Source: Nitrosospira multiformis ATCC 25196 (GTDB lineage: Bacteria > Pseudomonadota > Gammaproteobacteria > Burkholderiales > Nitrosomonadaceae). Taken from it: a stretch of DNA of 32,000 nucleotides. The notes beneath the pieces were generated by a model, which saw only the letters and a program-made list of their open reading frames with translations, did not search any database and was not told where the DNA came from. This document shows, one piece after another, positions 20,201 through 29,214 of the stretch (the stretch's first letter is position 1; the number at the start of each line of letters is the position of its first letter). Location of the stretch: positions 1,200,001 to 1,232,000 of the forward strand of contig NC_007614.1 of NCBI RefSeq assembly GCF_000196355.1, in the 5' to 3' direction. The position numbers were made by a program, and so were the translations under genes.

Positions 20201-21063
20201 AGAGTCGACTCGAGCCGCGCCTTTACATTCTGCAAGCGCATGTCTGCCGTAACTTTGTTCATGTCTGTGCCGTCGATATTTGCCCAGATCCGCAGCGCGC
20301 CAACGCCCCGATTCAACTTTATTTCCTCGGGGAAAGGCAGCCAGGCCTGCCACCCCGCTATATCGGCACGGGTTATCTGCATGAAAAGCCGGCCCCGCCA
20401 CAATCCGGGGTTGGCCAACGACTCTCCCTTGAAATCCCCGCGCATATCAAGGTGAGCGGCAAGCCGCGTGGGGGGTATGGCGCGGATGCCGAAGCGATGA
20501 TGTCTGCCCCGGTTCTCGAGGCGCAGGTTGACCAGCAGTTCCAGTTGCGGCGCGGTGCGCTGGTCATCCTGCCAGAGAATATTGGCATTGTTTATGATGA
20601 CTTGCCTCTGGTTGAGGAGCCAGTCGAAAAAGCCATCTTCACTTTCGGTAAATTCCTGCTTTAGTGCGAATCCGGCGACATGAATGACACCGGCAGTGTC
20701 TCGACGTACGATCAAATCAGGCTGATCGATTGCGATTTCACGAAAAAGCAATTCGCCATGCAATATCGAACGCCATGAAAGCGTGCCTTCAAGGCGATTC
20801 AGCAGCAAGGTGACACCCTGGTTATCATGCACGCGCACATCACGCAGCATCATGTGGGGACGGAACCCGTCCCAATTCGCGCTGATCTCGCCCAGTGTTA
20901 CATATTGACCGGAAGCATGGCTGATGGCGGAAGCGAGGTTTTCACGGTACTGTTCGATATTCGGCAGCAGCCAATAGCGGAGAGACAGCAGCAGAACCGA
21001 AAAGACGGCTGCCACTGCAATCAGTACCCACATGGAAAGCCGGAACAGGAAGCTCCGTAGCAT
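17239..21063 (-). CDS. yhdP: YhdP-family (AsmA-like, TIGR02099-type) large inner-membrane protein
   Basis: Starts MLRSFLFRLSMWVLIAVAAVFSVLLLSLRYWLLPNIEQYRENLASAISHASGQYVTLGEISANWDGFRPHMMLRDVRV. C-terminal TLSGRFKLGARRGQFPRFEPGIGRLFGIFNLRSLPRRITLDFRDVFSEGFGFDDISGSINI. Start placed at 21063; the ORF track extends it to 21306. Confidence 0.92.
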   Translation of the reverse strand: MLRSFLFRLSMWVLIAVAAVFSVLLLSLRYWLLPNIEQYRENLASAISHASGQYVTLGEISANWDGFRPHMMLRDVRVHDNQGVTLLLNRLEGTLSWRSILHGELLFREIAIDQPDLIVRRDTAGVIHVAGFALKQEFTESEDGFFDWLLNQRQVIINNANILWQDDQRTAPQLELLVNLRLENRGRHHRFGIRAIPPTRLAAHLDMRGDFKGESLANPGLWRGRLFMQITRADIAGWQAWLPFPEEIKLNRGVGALRIWANIDGTDMNKVTADMRLQNVKARLESTLPEVSLTRLAGRVGWHKVEDNGSNGSQFFARRLDAAFYGKPPLPLLDFSFQQLHHDASQPDSNTLSVQNLRLDKLEELAKYLPMSEPLRAKIRAVSPRGKLHSVLIKWTGEWAEPSSFHATGRFTKLGMKRSDGMPAFTGVSGNIHITEQGGTLNLDSQNTVLQLPDPTIEPVTLNTLAGQIRWNLTSNGSKLVKFSNISFSSAYAAGSAYGNYQTAPASPGILDLTTHLTRADIPSLLRLLPAKGKGREYLPDWLGESIVAGSISNGWFHLKGNLARPPFVSSNPGVFEFAAKISGMLLDPLPGWPRIENLAGTVRLNDKRMEINVSKGDILGARLGKARLIIPDMTATEARLKTELEATGATRQFLAFAAAKTPDTYDNWLMENTRIFGDGRLLLKLDTPLRGPGETRLWGRYQFMNNRIAPSSSYIPELEQLNGTLTFTDSEIRTKNLSGRLLGGPVLISSTDMPGGGVRFSAIGKVDFDNLNAISQPTGSRDIPFWTRHIHGSGDWRAAVLVGNRSTDVSVESSLEGISSDLPEPLSKAAHDAIPVKFEGKATGTQSEELHLSYGERIKAKISRTRDDSGHFHVERGSIVFGPSPVFLPEEPGIVIKGALPVLNLDRWRLLLKQFEIQPAAPFSLNGLNLYIESLGFLGRQFDDVTLDANRKDGLWYCRITSEEVNGGITWNPSGTGKIVARLNRLIIPANPPSGPGTVSRSRQQEKDLPALDVIVDDFVFGEKQLGKLELVANQEERNWYIDKLHIVNPDSSIKMRGLWKNRVPTPQTQATVMLETDDIGKFLERLALPDRVTSGSGTLEGILSWQGDPLSIDYSTLSGRFKLGARRGQFPRFEPGIGRLFGIFNLRSLPRRITLDFRDVFSEGFGFDDISGSINIASGIASTDELKINGPAARVTMNGQMNLEAETQKLHIRVTPSYGLASPVVGMASVIASTAMKKTPAPSRDYNITGTWADPVVTRIGQPAQELAEPQP

Positions 21064-21340
21064 AAAAGATAAAATTGCTGACAGGTTCAATAAATTGTTC
21101 CGATACGGGTGCTGGGGGAAGGACGCAGGAACATTCGGACCCCGCTGAGTATGCGTTAAATCATACTTACCGGAAGAAATCTGATCCGGAGGTAAATGGC
21201 GGGGGCAGATGCGACAAAGCGGATTAGATGCGGCAGCTGCTTCTGTGTTCAATCCTTCAATAGAAGCCGCGACACAGGTTGTGCAGGAATTATCTACTCC
21301 ACCCATTATCCTCCCGTTTTATTTTAACCTGAATTCAACC

Positions 21341-24121
21341 ATGCCTTCTGATCGCCCCGCTGGAGAAATAGTGCAATCTGTCCTGCCGCTGAGCCGTTAC
21401 GCTCAGGCTCAGCTGGCAAACGATGCCGCTCTGCTGGCTGAGTTGGAGCAAAACCTGCGCCGCCCCTTCATGCGAGAAGAAATGCAGGCATTTTTGCAGG
21501 CCTCCGCCGAAGGGATAAATAATGAGGAAGGGCTGCACGCAGTCTTGCGCGGCTTGCGCAAGCAGGTGCTGCTGCGAGTGGCGATACGGGACTTGGCAGG
21601 GCTGGCTGACCTGGCCGAGGTGATGTCATCCATGACAATCCTGGCAGAGCTTACCATCGGTTTCGCACTCGAGCGCTTGTATGCCTGGCTAGCCGAGCCA
21701 GGGCGGTACGGTCAACCGAAAAACACCGATAACCGCATTCAGCAGATGCTGGTCGTCGGGATGGGAAAGCTTGGGGGCGGGGAACTCAATGTTTCCTCTG
21801 ATGTGGATCTTATTTTCGTATATCCGGAAGATGGCGAGACCGATGGGCACCGATCAATTTCCAATCAGGATTTTTTCGTTCGTCTGGGACGGAAGCTGAT
21901 TACAAGTTTGAATGACATTACCGCGGAGGGTTTCGTTTTCCGGGTGGATATGCGGTTGCGGCCTTATGGGGAAAGCGGACCGCTGACGATGAGCTTTGCG
22001 ATGTTGGAAGAATATCTGATCACCCAGGGACGCGAATGGGAGCGTTACGCATGGATCAAAAGCCGCGTCGTAGCAGGTCCGCGCGAAGAAAAACCGGTAC
22101 TTGTAGAGCAGATCGCGCAACCCTTCGTGTTTCGCAAATATCTGGACTTCGGTGCTTATGAATCCATGCGCGCGCTTCATGCCCAAATCCGCCGGGAGGT
22201 TCAGCGCCGGGAAATGCACGGAAATATCAAGCTTGGGGCGGGCGGTATTCGCGAAATCGAGTTCATTGCCCAGGTATTCCAGCTGATCCGGGGCGGGCGC
22301 GATCCGGATTTCCGCATCCGGCCCACGCTTGCTGTACTGGGTTTGCTGGGGGAAAAGCAGCAGTTACCAGGGGAAGCGGTGACAGAGCTGGTCGAGGCAT
22401 ACACCTTTTTACGCAATCTCGAACATCGCCTGCAGTATCTTGACGATCAACAGACTCACCTCCTCCCTGCAACCCCCCCGGATCAGTCGGTGATTGCAGC
22501 CTCGATGGGTTTTTCGTCCTATGACGGATTTTTAAAGAAGCTCAACGCCCATCGCTCGAATATAACGCGACATTTTGAAGCTATCTTCGCGACCCCTCGT
22601 ACTTCGCAGGCCTCCAATGCGCTTGCCGACTTGTGGAAGGCTGGAGAAAACGGCGTTCAAGCCGAAGCCGCGCAGACGCAACTCGCTAAACTGGGGTTTT
22701 CCAATCCGCAGAAAGTTCTCGAGTGTGTGGAGGAATTTCGCTCGGGCACCCGCTACAGGCAGTTGCCGCAAACGAGCAAAAAACGCATCGATGCGCTTGT
22801 TCCCACTCTGATCGAAGTGGCTGCGAAGTTTCCTTCCGCAGACCTCACGCTGGAACGGCTGATACGGTTACTGGAAACCGTCAGCAGGCGCTCAGCTTAT
22901 CTGGCTCTGCTGCGCGAGTATCCCCAGGCTTTAGGGCGGGTAGCCAAGCTGGTCAGCGCAAGCCAGTGGGCCAGCGAATACCTGAACAGGCATCCGATCC
23001 TGCTGGACGAACTGCTTCCGGGACAGTTCCGAAATCCGCTTGATTGGTCTCGTGCCAAGGAAAGATTGATGCGCCAATTGCAGGACGCGCAGGGTTCTGG
23101 CGGCACGGATGTCGAACAGCAAATGGATATATTGCGGCATTTCCACCATGCCCAGGTATTTCAGTTGCTGGCGCGGGATGTGGAAGGATTGCTGCCCCTT
23201 GAGATCTTGAGTGACCATCTTTCCGATCTTGCCGACTTGTTGCTCGATGCTGTATTGCACCTTGCCTGGGCGGGGTTGAGAAGGAGGCATAGAGATATCC
23301 CCGCTTTTGCCATCATCGGCTATGGCAAGCTTGGCGGCAAGGAACTTGGCTATGCCTCCGACCTCGATATCATTTTTCTCTATGACGATCCCCATGCCGA
23401 CGCTTCAGAAAGCTATGCCCGGCTGAGCCAGCGTATCAACTCATGGCTCACCAGCTATACTTCAGCCGGCTTACTCTATCAGACAGACCTGCGCTTGCGC
23501 CCCAACGGCAGCAGCGGCCTGCTGGTAAGTTCGGTTCAGGCATTTGCTGAATATCAGCATCATCATGCATGGGTCTGGGAGCATCAGGCGTTGAGCCGGG
23601 CGCGATTCGTGGCCGGAGATGCACAGGTAGGGGAGGCATTCGAGCGTATTCGCAGGGAAGTGCTGCGTCACCCGCGGGAATTGTCGGATCTGAAACGGGA
23701 AGTATTGGTAATGCGGCAAAAAATGCTCGACGCTCACCCCAACAACAGCGGGTTATTCGACATCAAGCATGACCGTGGAGGCCTTATCGACGTCGAGTTC
23801 ATCGTGCAATACCTCGTCCTTGGATACGCCTGCCATCACAAGGAATTGACCGGCAATATCGGTAATATCGCGTTGTTGAAGCTGGCGGCAAAGCTGGGGT
23901 TGATCAGGAATGAAGTCGCAGAACCGGCCCTTAATGCCTACCGGGAATTTCGGCGGACGCAACACTGGCTGAGATTGAGCGGTTACTCCGACCTTGCGGG
24001 TTCATCTTCCGCGAACGGCAAATCGCAAAAATTTGCACGCGTTGAAGCAGATTATTTTGAGAATGAAATCGCGGCAGTTTCCGGCTTGTGGAGCGAAGTC
24101 TTCGGCGCATCCGCGGTTTAG
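21341..24121 (+). CDS. glnE: Bifunctional glutamine-synthetase adenylyltransferase/deadenylase
   Basis: Two nucleotidyltransferase modules: VVGMGKLGGGELNVSSDVDLIFVYPEDGETDG and IIGYGKLGGKELGYASDLDIIFLYDDPHAD, plus KHDRGGLIDVEFIVQYLVL. Start probably the ATG at 21341 (MPSDRPAGEIVQ). Confidence 0.97.
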   Translation: MPSDRPAGEIVQSVLPLSRYAQAQLANDAALLAELEQNLRRPFMREEMQAFLQASAEGINNEEGLHAVLRGLRKQVLLRVAIRDLAGLADLAEVMSSMTILAELTIGFALERLYAWLAEPGRYGQPKNTDNRIQQMLVVGMGKLGGGELNVSSDVDLIFVYPEDGETDGHRSISNQDFFVRLGRKLITSLNDITAEGFVFRVDMRLRPYGESGPLTMSFAMLEEYLITQGREWERYAWIKSRVVAGPREEKPVLVEQIAQPFVFRKYLDFGAYESMRALHAQIRREVQRREMHGNIKLGAGGIREIEFIAQVFQLIRGGRDPDFRIRPTLAVLGLLGEKQQLPGEAVTELVEAYTFLRNLEHRLQYLDDQQTHLLPATPPDQSVIAASMGFSSYDGFLKKLNAHRSNITRHFEAIFATPRTSQASNALADLWKAGENGVQAEAAQTQLAKLGFSNPQKVLECVEEFRSGTRYRQLPQTSKKRIDALVPTLIEVAAKFPSADLTLERLIRLLETVSRRSAYLALLREYPQALGRVAKLVSASQWASEYLNRHPILLDELLPGQFRNPLDWSRAKERLMRQLQDAQGSGGTDVEQQMDILRHFHHAQVFQLLARDVEGLLPLEILSDHLSDLADLLLDAVLHLAWAGLRRRHRDIPAFAIIGYGKLGGKELGYASDLDIIFLYDDPHADASESYARLSQRINSWLTSYTSAGLLYQTDLRLRPNGSSGLLVSSVQAFAEYQHHHAWVWEHQALSRARFVAGDAQVGEAFERIRREVLRHPRELSDLKREVLVMRQKMLDAHPNNSGLFDIKHDRGGLIDVEFIVQYLVLGYACHHKELTGNIGNIALLKLAAKLGLIRNEVAEPALNAYREFRRTQHWLRLSGYSDLAGSSSANGKSQKFARVEADYFENEIAAVSGLWSEVFGASAV

Positions 24122-24349
24122 TCCTCCCGGATTCAGGGTACACCTCCATCATAATTCAGCAGTTCGATGAGATGAATGCGCACGCGCTGGAAATATTTCT
24201 TTAACTAATGGAGCAATTGTCTCTTGCGGTTTGGGTACGAAGTGCTATACCTCTAAAAAGTCCTGAAAAAATTCGACGTTTTCTCTGGTTATAGGTCCGT
24301 AAAGCCTATTGAATCTTTTAAGAAAGAGGGGAGAAAAGGGAGGTTTACC

Positions 24350-25261
24350 ATGCACTCAGTCAAAATGCTCGCCGGAGCAGCGTTTGCTTCCGCCATTCTT
24401 TGCAGTCCCTCCGCGTGGTCCGCCGCCCCCGTGGTGTACAGCGGATCGGGCGCCAACGCAACTACCGCTCTTGACGCTTTTCGCGCCGCAATCGGAGGCG
24501 CCAAGAATACCGGCGCGCCCGAAATGAGCGGTCGCCGCGAAATCAGTTGGGATGGAGTCAGGCTTGACGGTACAGACGTGAATCCGAACACTCAAGTGGT
24601 TGACAGCGGTCATACAGTCATCATCCCAGTTGATCGTTTCCGCGCCCAGGGCGCATTATTCGAGGATCCCTATGCGGTAAGCGGAGATGGCTTTGCCAGT
24701 GTTAACCCCGCCACAGCGGGGCAGTTTCCTGCCTTCAGCCCCAACAATACCTTCGTCATGCAGGATGACACTCCATACCAGTTCGATGACCGCTTCATCG
24801 GCCAAAGCTTCACCATTCCCGGCACGGCGACAGCAGCAGGGACACGCGGTTTCGGTGCCATCTTTGTCGATGTAGAAAAAGCTGGCAGCAGCAGCATCGA
24901 ATACTTCGGTCATGACAGCAGCGGACACGAGATCAGCCTCGGCACCTTTAATGTGCCCACGGGTACCAGCGGCGAACCGCAGTTCCTCGGTGTGCTGTTC
25001 GATCAGCCGGTGGTGACGGACGTGAAACTGGCTGTGGGGACAAACACCCTGTTCAACTTCGATGGCACTCATTTTCAGTCCTTTGGCGGTGAAAATCTTG
25101 CTGCCGGTACTGATCTTGCCGTCACCGATGATTTCGTCTACGCGGAACCGACCGTGGCAGCAGCCATTCCCGAGCCGTCATCTTATGCCTTGATGCTGGC
25201 GGGCCTTAGCTTGCTTGGTTTGATTGCCTATCGCAAAAAATCCGCGTTTAACCAGCTCTAG
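24350..25261 (+). CDS. PEP-CTERM sorting-domain secreted protein
   Basis: 303 aa. N-terminal signal peptide (MLAGAAFASAILCSPSAWSAAP) and C-terminal IPEPSSYALMLAGLSLLGLIAYRKK, the canonical PEP-CTERM tripartite signal. Confidence 0.93.
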   Translation: MHSVKMLAGAAFASAILCSPSAWSAAPVVYSGSGANATTALDAFRAAIGGAKNTGAPEMSGRREISWDGVRLDGTDVNPNTQVVDSGHTVIIPVDRFRAQGALFEDPYAVSGDGFASVNPATAGQFPAFSPNNTFVMQDDTPYQFDDRFIGQSFTIPGTATAAGTRGFGAIFVDVEKAGSSSIEYFGHDSSGHEISLGTFNVPTGTSGEPQFLGVLFDQPVVTDVKLAVGTNTLFNFDGTHFQSFGGENLAAGTDLAVTDDFVYAEPTVAAAIPEPSSYALMLAGLSLLGLIAYRKKSAFNQL

Positions 25262-25270
25262 CATCATTTC

Positions 25271-25306
25271 AAACAAACCCCATCTCAGCGAATGGGGTTT
25301 GTTTTT
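25271..25306 (+). terminator. Strong rho-independent terminator downstream of the PEP-CTERM gene
   Basis: Perfect 13-bp stem AAACAAACCCCAT (25271-25283) / ATGGGGTTTGTTT (25292-25304), loop CTCAGCGA, ending in a T-run, starting 10 nt after the stop codon. Confidence 0.9.
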
Positions 25307-25734
25307 CAGCGACATTATTTTTATCGCCGTATTGCTGAGAAGGATTCAAAGTAACCAGCTGTTCCCGCAAACCACCCAAACGCTCTCAGCCCCTCTGCAA
25401 TCGTATTTGCCTATAACCGGCTTATACACTCTATCGGTACTCCAGCGGCAATCACCGGCGATTGTACTCAATCCTAAAAACCGACGGCAGTAAACTCCAA
25501 TCTTCCGCCTGTCGCGAAACCGCATCTGCCTCGCTGGTATTCAGGATAAATTCCACTTTGATAGCAATTCCAGAATAATCCAGGCACTAACGGACGAGCC
25601 TGGCAGGTATGTGGAATGGTTGCAAGTCTCGTGCAAACAGTCTGCTTTCCTGTACCCCTTCTCTCGAAAGGGAATCCCGAGGATCAGGAAATGCGTTAGA
25701 ATATACGAACTTAAATTCTCTCCGGAGTTTGTGA

Positions 25735-26652
25735 ATGTCAATGGCTGACCGCGACGGTGTGATCTGGAGTGATGGAAAGATGATTCCGTGGCGTGAGGCT
25801 ACCACACATGTACTCACCCACACCCTGCATTATGGGATGGGGGTATTCGAAGGATTGCGTGCCTACGAAACCCCCCGCGGATCTGCAATTTTCCGTCTGA
25901 AAGAACACACCGATCGTTTGTTCAATTCCGCGCACATCTTCATGATGAAGATGCCCTATGACAAGGCGACGCTGATACAGGCGCAGTGCGATGTCGTAAG
26001 GCAGAACGATCTGAAGTCGTGTTATATCCGTCCCATCGTGTTTTATGGTTCCGAAGCCATGGGCATTTCAGCTAAAACGCTTTCGGTGCACGTGGCTATT
26101 GCAGCTTGGGCGTGGGGCACGTATCTTGGTCCTGATGGCCTCGAAAAAGGCATCCGTGTCAAGACTTCGTCATTTACGCGGCATCATGTGAATATCAATA
26201 TGTGCCGTGCCAAGTCGGTCACGACCTATGCAAATTCCATCCTCGCGCATCAGGAGGTAGCGCATGATGGCTATGATGAGGCGCTGCTTCTCGATGTGGA
26301 CGGCTATGTTGCTGAAGGGGCTGGTGAAAACATATTCATCGTGAAGCAGGGCAAATTGTATACGCCTGACTTGACTTCCTGTCTGGAAGGCATTACGCGC
26401 GCATCTCTCATAGAGCTTGCGGAAGAAATCGGAATCCCGGTTATCGAGAAGCGCATCACCCGCGATGAAGTCTATTGCGCGGATGAAGCCTTTTTCACCG
26501 GCACCGCAGCCGAGGTAACACCAATCAGGGAACTGGATAACCGCACGATCGGCAGCGGCAGGCGTGGTCCTATTACAGAAAAGCTCCAGGCCCTCTTTTT
26601 TGAATGTGCCAGAGGCAACGGCAAACATGCCGAGTGGCTCACCCATGTCTGA
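25735..26652 (+). CDS. ilvE: Branched-chain amino acid aminotransferase
   Basis: 305 aa. MADRDGVIWSDGKMIPWREATTHVLTHTLHYGMGVFEGLRAYET..., DGYVAEGAGENIFIVKQGKLYTP, EVYCADEAFFTGTAAEVTPI. SD TCCGGAG upstream. Confidence 0.96.
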   Translation: MSMADRDGVIWSDGKMIPWREATTHVLTHTLHYGMGVFEGLRAYETPRGSAIFRLKEHTDRLFNSAHIFMMKMPYDKATLIQAQCDVVRQNDLKSCYIRPIVFYGSEAMGISAKTLSVHVAIAAWAWGTYLGPDGLEKGIRVKTSSFTRHHVNINMCRAKSVTTYANSILAHQEVAHDGYDEALLLDVDGYVAEGAGENIFIVKQGKLYTPDLTSCLEGITRASLIELAEEIGIPVIEKRITRDEVYCADEAFFTGTAAEVTPIRELDNRTIGSGRRGPITEKLQALFFECARGNGKHAEWLTHV

Positions 26653-26705
26653 TAAAACGTTATATCCTCACCGATACATTTAAGCGATACGTCCAGGAAA
26701 ATCTG

Positions 26706-26909
26706 ATGCAGAAGCTTGCCTCCAATACCCAGCGCGAGATCGAGGTGACACCCGATGATTTGCCGCTTCATTGTCCCACGCCTTCCATGCTGTTATGGAA
26801 TTCGCACCCCCGTGTTTTTCTGCCCATAGAAGATACGGGGGAAGCGCTGTGTCCTTACTGCGGCACCCATTATGTACTCAAGGGCGGCGCAGTTGCAGGC
26901 CACCATTGA
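26706..26909 (+). CDS. Small zinc-finger-domain protein (COG4391/CHCC type)
   Basis: 67 aa. MQKLASNTQREIEVTPDDLPLHCPTPSMLLWNSHPRVFLPIEDTGEALCPYCGTHYVLKG. The C..H..CPYC pattern matches the small zinc-finger protein often found near ilvE. Confidence 0.85.
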   Translation: MQKLASNTQREIEVTPDDLPLHCPTPSMLLWNSHPRVFLPIEDTGEALCPYCGTHYVLKGGAVAGHH

Positions 26910-27029
26910 CCTGAACATGCCCTAAAGTCCAAATACGAGCAGCACGGTCGTAAACGATGTGAATGCTGCCACTGAACAACTTTGATACCCTGATACAGCT
27001 GAAGTTCATCTCTTATCCGCCCATCATCC

Positions 27030-28439
27030 ATGCGCCAACTTCCACCAGAAATCTTCAAAGCCTATGACATCCGAGGTGTTTTCGGAAAAACACTGACAGT
27101 TGAAGGTGCCGAAGCGATTGGTCATGCCATCGGCTCCGAGGGGCGTGCGCGCGGACTTGCCGCAATCACCATAGGGCGCGACGGCAGGTTGTCGGGCCCC
27201 GAGCTGGTGCAAGCCCTGGCCAGGGGTTTGCAAGGAAGTGGTATCAACGTAATCGATGTCGGTGCTGTCGCGACCCCGATGCTCTACTACGCGGCGCATG
27301 AATTGTCCGGTTATTCCGGCGTGATGGTAACCGGGAGCCATAACCCGCCGGAATACAATGGTTTTAAAATGGTATTGGGGGGAGAAACACTTGCTGCGGA
27401 ATCAATACAAGCCTTGCGTGCGCGTATCGAAAATGAAAACCTTGCTCACGGCAATGGAAGCTACCACAAGCAGGATATTGCGGAAGGATATCTTCAGCGC
27501 ATAGCAGCGGATATAAAGCTGGCGCGGCCCATGAAGATTATCGTTGATTGTGGCAATGGGATCCCCGGTTTATATGCTCCGGAACTGTACCGCAGGCTTG
27601 GATGCGATGTAACCGAGCTGTTTTGCGAGGTCGACGGCACTTTTCCCAATCATCATCCGGATCCCTCGGTACCCGGGAATCTTCGGGATGTGGTGCAGGC
27701 GCTTGAAACGACTGATGCCGAGATAGGGCTGGCGTTCGATGGAGATGGTGACCGCGTGGGTGTGGTTACCAAAAATGGAACGGTCATTTATCCGGATCGG
27801 CAACTGATGTTGTTTGCAGCCGATGTATTATCGCGGAATCCGGGTGGGCGGGTCATTTTCGATGTGAAATGTACGCGTAACCTGGCGCCATGGATCATGC
27901 AGCACGGAGGCGAGCCGATCATGTGGAAAACCGGGCACTCTTTCATCAAGGGGAAACTGAAGGAAACCGGGGCGCTGCTGGCGGGAGAGATGAGTGGGCA
28001 TATCTTTTTCAAGGAGCGCTGGTATGGCTTCGACGACGGACTCTATGCCGGAGCGCGTTTGCTGGAGCTGCTCAGTTCCAGGATGGATATCGACGCGGTA
28101 TTCAACTCGATTCCGGATGCGGTCAGCACGCCGGAGTTGCAGATCGGGTTGAAGGAAGGGGAAAACTACGCGATTATCGCGCAGTTGCAGAAAACAGCGC
28201 ACTTTGCCCGGGCTGAACGCATCATTACCACCGATGGAATGCGAGTCGAATATGAAGACGGTTTTGGTCTTGCGCGTTCATCCAATACCATGCCGGTAAT
28301 CGTGCTGCGTTTCGAGGCGGATAGCGAGGCAGCTTTGCAGCGTATTCAGAAGGATTTTTGCACAGCGATCCTGAAAATCAAACCGGATGCGGAACTGCCT
28401 CATCAGCTGAGGGGAAATCTCCTTTCCTCCACATGCTGA
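27030..28439 (+). CDS. Phosphomannomutase/phosphoglucomutase (AlgC/ManB type)
   Basis: 469 aa. EIFKAYDIRGVFGKTL, SGVMVTGSHNPPEYNGFKMV (phosphoserine loop), GLAFDGDGDRVGVV, GEMSGHIFFKERWYGFDDGLYA. Confidence 0.94.
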   Translation: MRQLPPEIFKAYDIRGVFGKTLTVEGAEAIGHAIGSEGRARGLAAITIGRDGRLSGPELVQALARGLQGSGINVIDVGAVATPMLYYAAHELSGYSGVMVTGSHNPPEYNGFKMVLGGETLAAESIQALRARIENENLAHGNGSYHKQDIAEGYLQRIAADIKLARPMKIIVDCGNGIPGLYAPELYRRLGCDVTELFCEVDGTFPNHHPDPSVPGNLRDVVQALETTDAEIGLAFDGDGDRVGVVTKNGTVIYPDRQLMLFAADVLSRNPGGRVIFDVKCTRNLAPWIMQHGGEPIMWKTGHSFIKGKLKETGALLAGEMSGHIFFKERWYGFDDGLYAGARLLELLSSRMDIDAVFNSIPDAVSTPELQIGLKEGENYAIIAQLQKTAHFARAERIITTDGMRVEYEDGFGLARSSNTMPVIVLRFEADSEAALQRIQKDFCTAILKIKPDAELPHQLRGNLLSSTC

Positions 28440-28527
28440 TGAGCTGCTGAATGTTCTGAAGGACGTTGCCATCAAGTCGCAGGAATGGAAATCCCGAGCG
28501 GGAAGTCAAGCTGAGATATAACTGAAT

Positions 28528-29028
28528 ATGATGAACAGGAGAGAGGGCGCCAGGACCAACGTTTTGTTCGTTTGCATGGGCAATATCTGTCGCTCGCCCA
28601 CCGCGGAGGCCGTTTTCCGGCACCAGGTCATCGCGGCTGGCGTGGAGGAAGAAATTTACATCGACTCTGCCGGTACACATGATTACCACATCGGCGAGCC
28701 GCCGGATGAAAGGGCGCAAAGAGCAGCGGGAAGAAGGGGTTATGACACAAAAGCATTGCGTGCTCGCATTGTAGATGAAAAGGATTTTGAGTTTTTTCAC
28801 TATATTCTGGCAATGGACAGGGCGAATCTTGCTGTTCTTCAGAGAGAATGTCCAGCGGAATACAGTCATAAGCTCGGATTATTGATGCAGTACAGTGAGA
28901 AGTTCTCCGAAGGAGTACAGGAAGTGCCGGATCCTTATTTTGGGGGAAGCCAGGGCTTCGAGCATGTGCTCAACCTGGTGGAGGATGCCGGTCGGGGATT
29001 GCTTAACCGGATTCGTAACGGAAAATAA
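28528..29028 (+). CDS. Low-molecular-weight protein-tyrosine-phosphatase
   Basis: 166 aa. VLFVCMGNICRSPTAEAVFRH (CxxxxxRS P-loop) and VPDPYFGGSQGFEHVLNLVEDAGRGLL (DPYF general-acid motif). Confidence 0.95.
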   Translation: MMNRREGARTNVLFVCMGNICRSPTAEAVFRHQVIAAGVEEEIYIDSAGTHDYHIGEPPDERAQRAAGRRGYDTKALRARIVDEKDFEFFHYILAMDRANLAVLQRECPAEYSHKLGLLMQYSEKFSEGVQEVPDPYFGGSQGFEHVLNLVEDAGRGLLNRIRNGK

Positions 29029-29174
29029 AGCGAGCCAGAATAGGAACTACGAGTCTGCTCTATCCGCCGGGGGCGGAATGGAATATATGCCGTTCGTATC
29101 CTATTCGGTAGGAGAGGTAATATACTATACTGAAAGTATAGGTTTGGCCTTTGGCAGGCTTGCCTGAATCTTTA

Positions 29175-29200
29175 AAAGAGGCGACGTTTGTCGCCTCTTT
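29175..29200. terminator. Bidirectional intrinsic terminator between convergent phosphatase and rne genes
   Basis: Perfect 11-bp stem AAAGAGGCGAC (29175-29185) / GTCGCCTCTTT (29190-29200), loop GTTT, flanked by A-rich and T-rich sequence on each side. Confidence 0.85.
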
Positions 29201-29214
29201 CTTTTATGAGACTT

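Noticed and set aside
19711-20664. 317-aa plus-strand ORF inside yhdP
   Set aside because: Antisense to the continuous YhdP reading frame. Long antisense ORFs are expected at this GC content.
24190-24250. Possible sigma-54 (-24/-12) promoter upstream of the PEP-CTERM gene
   Set aside because: TGG...TTGC elements are present, but the GG-to-GC spacing is about 14 nt rather than the required 10, so it does not fit the consensus.
25450-25463. Short palindrome AATCACCGGCGATT in the gap before ilvE
   Set aside because: Only 14 bp with a mismatched inner pair. Likely chance without conservation evidence.
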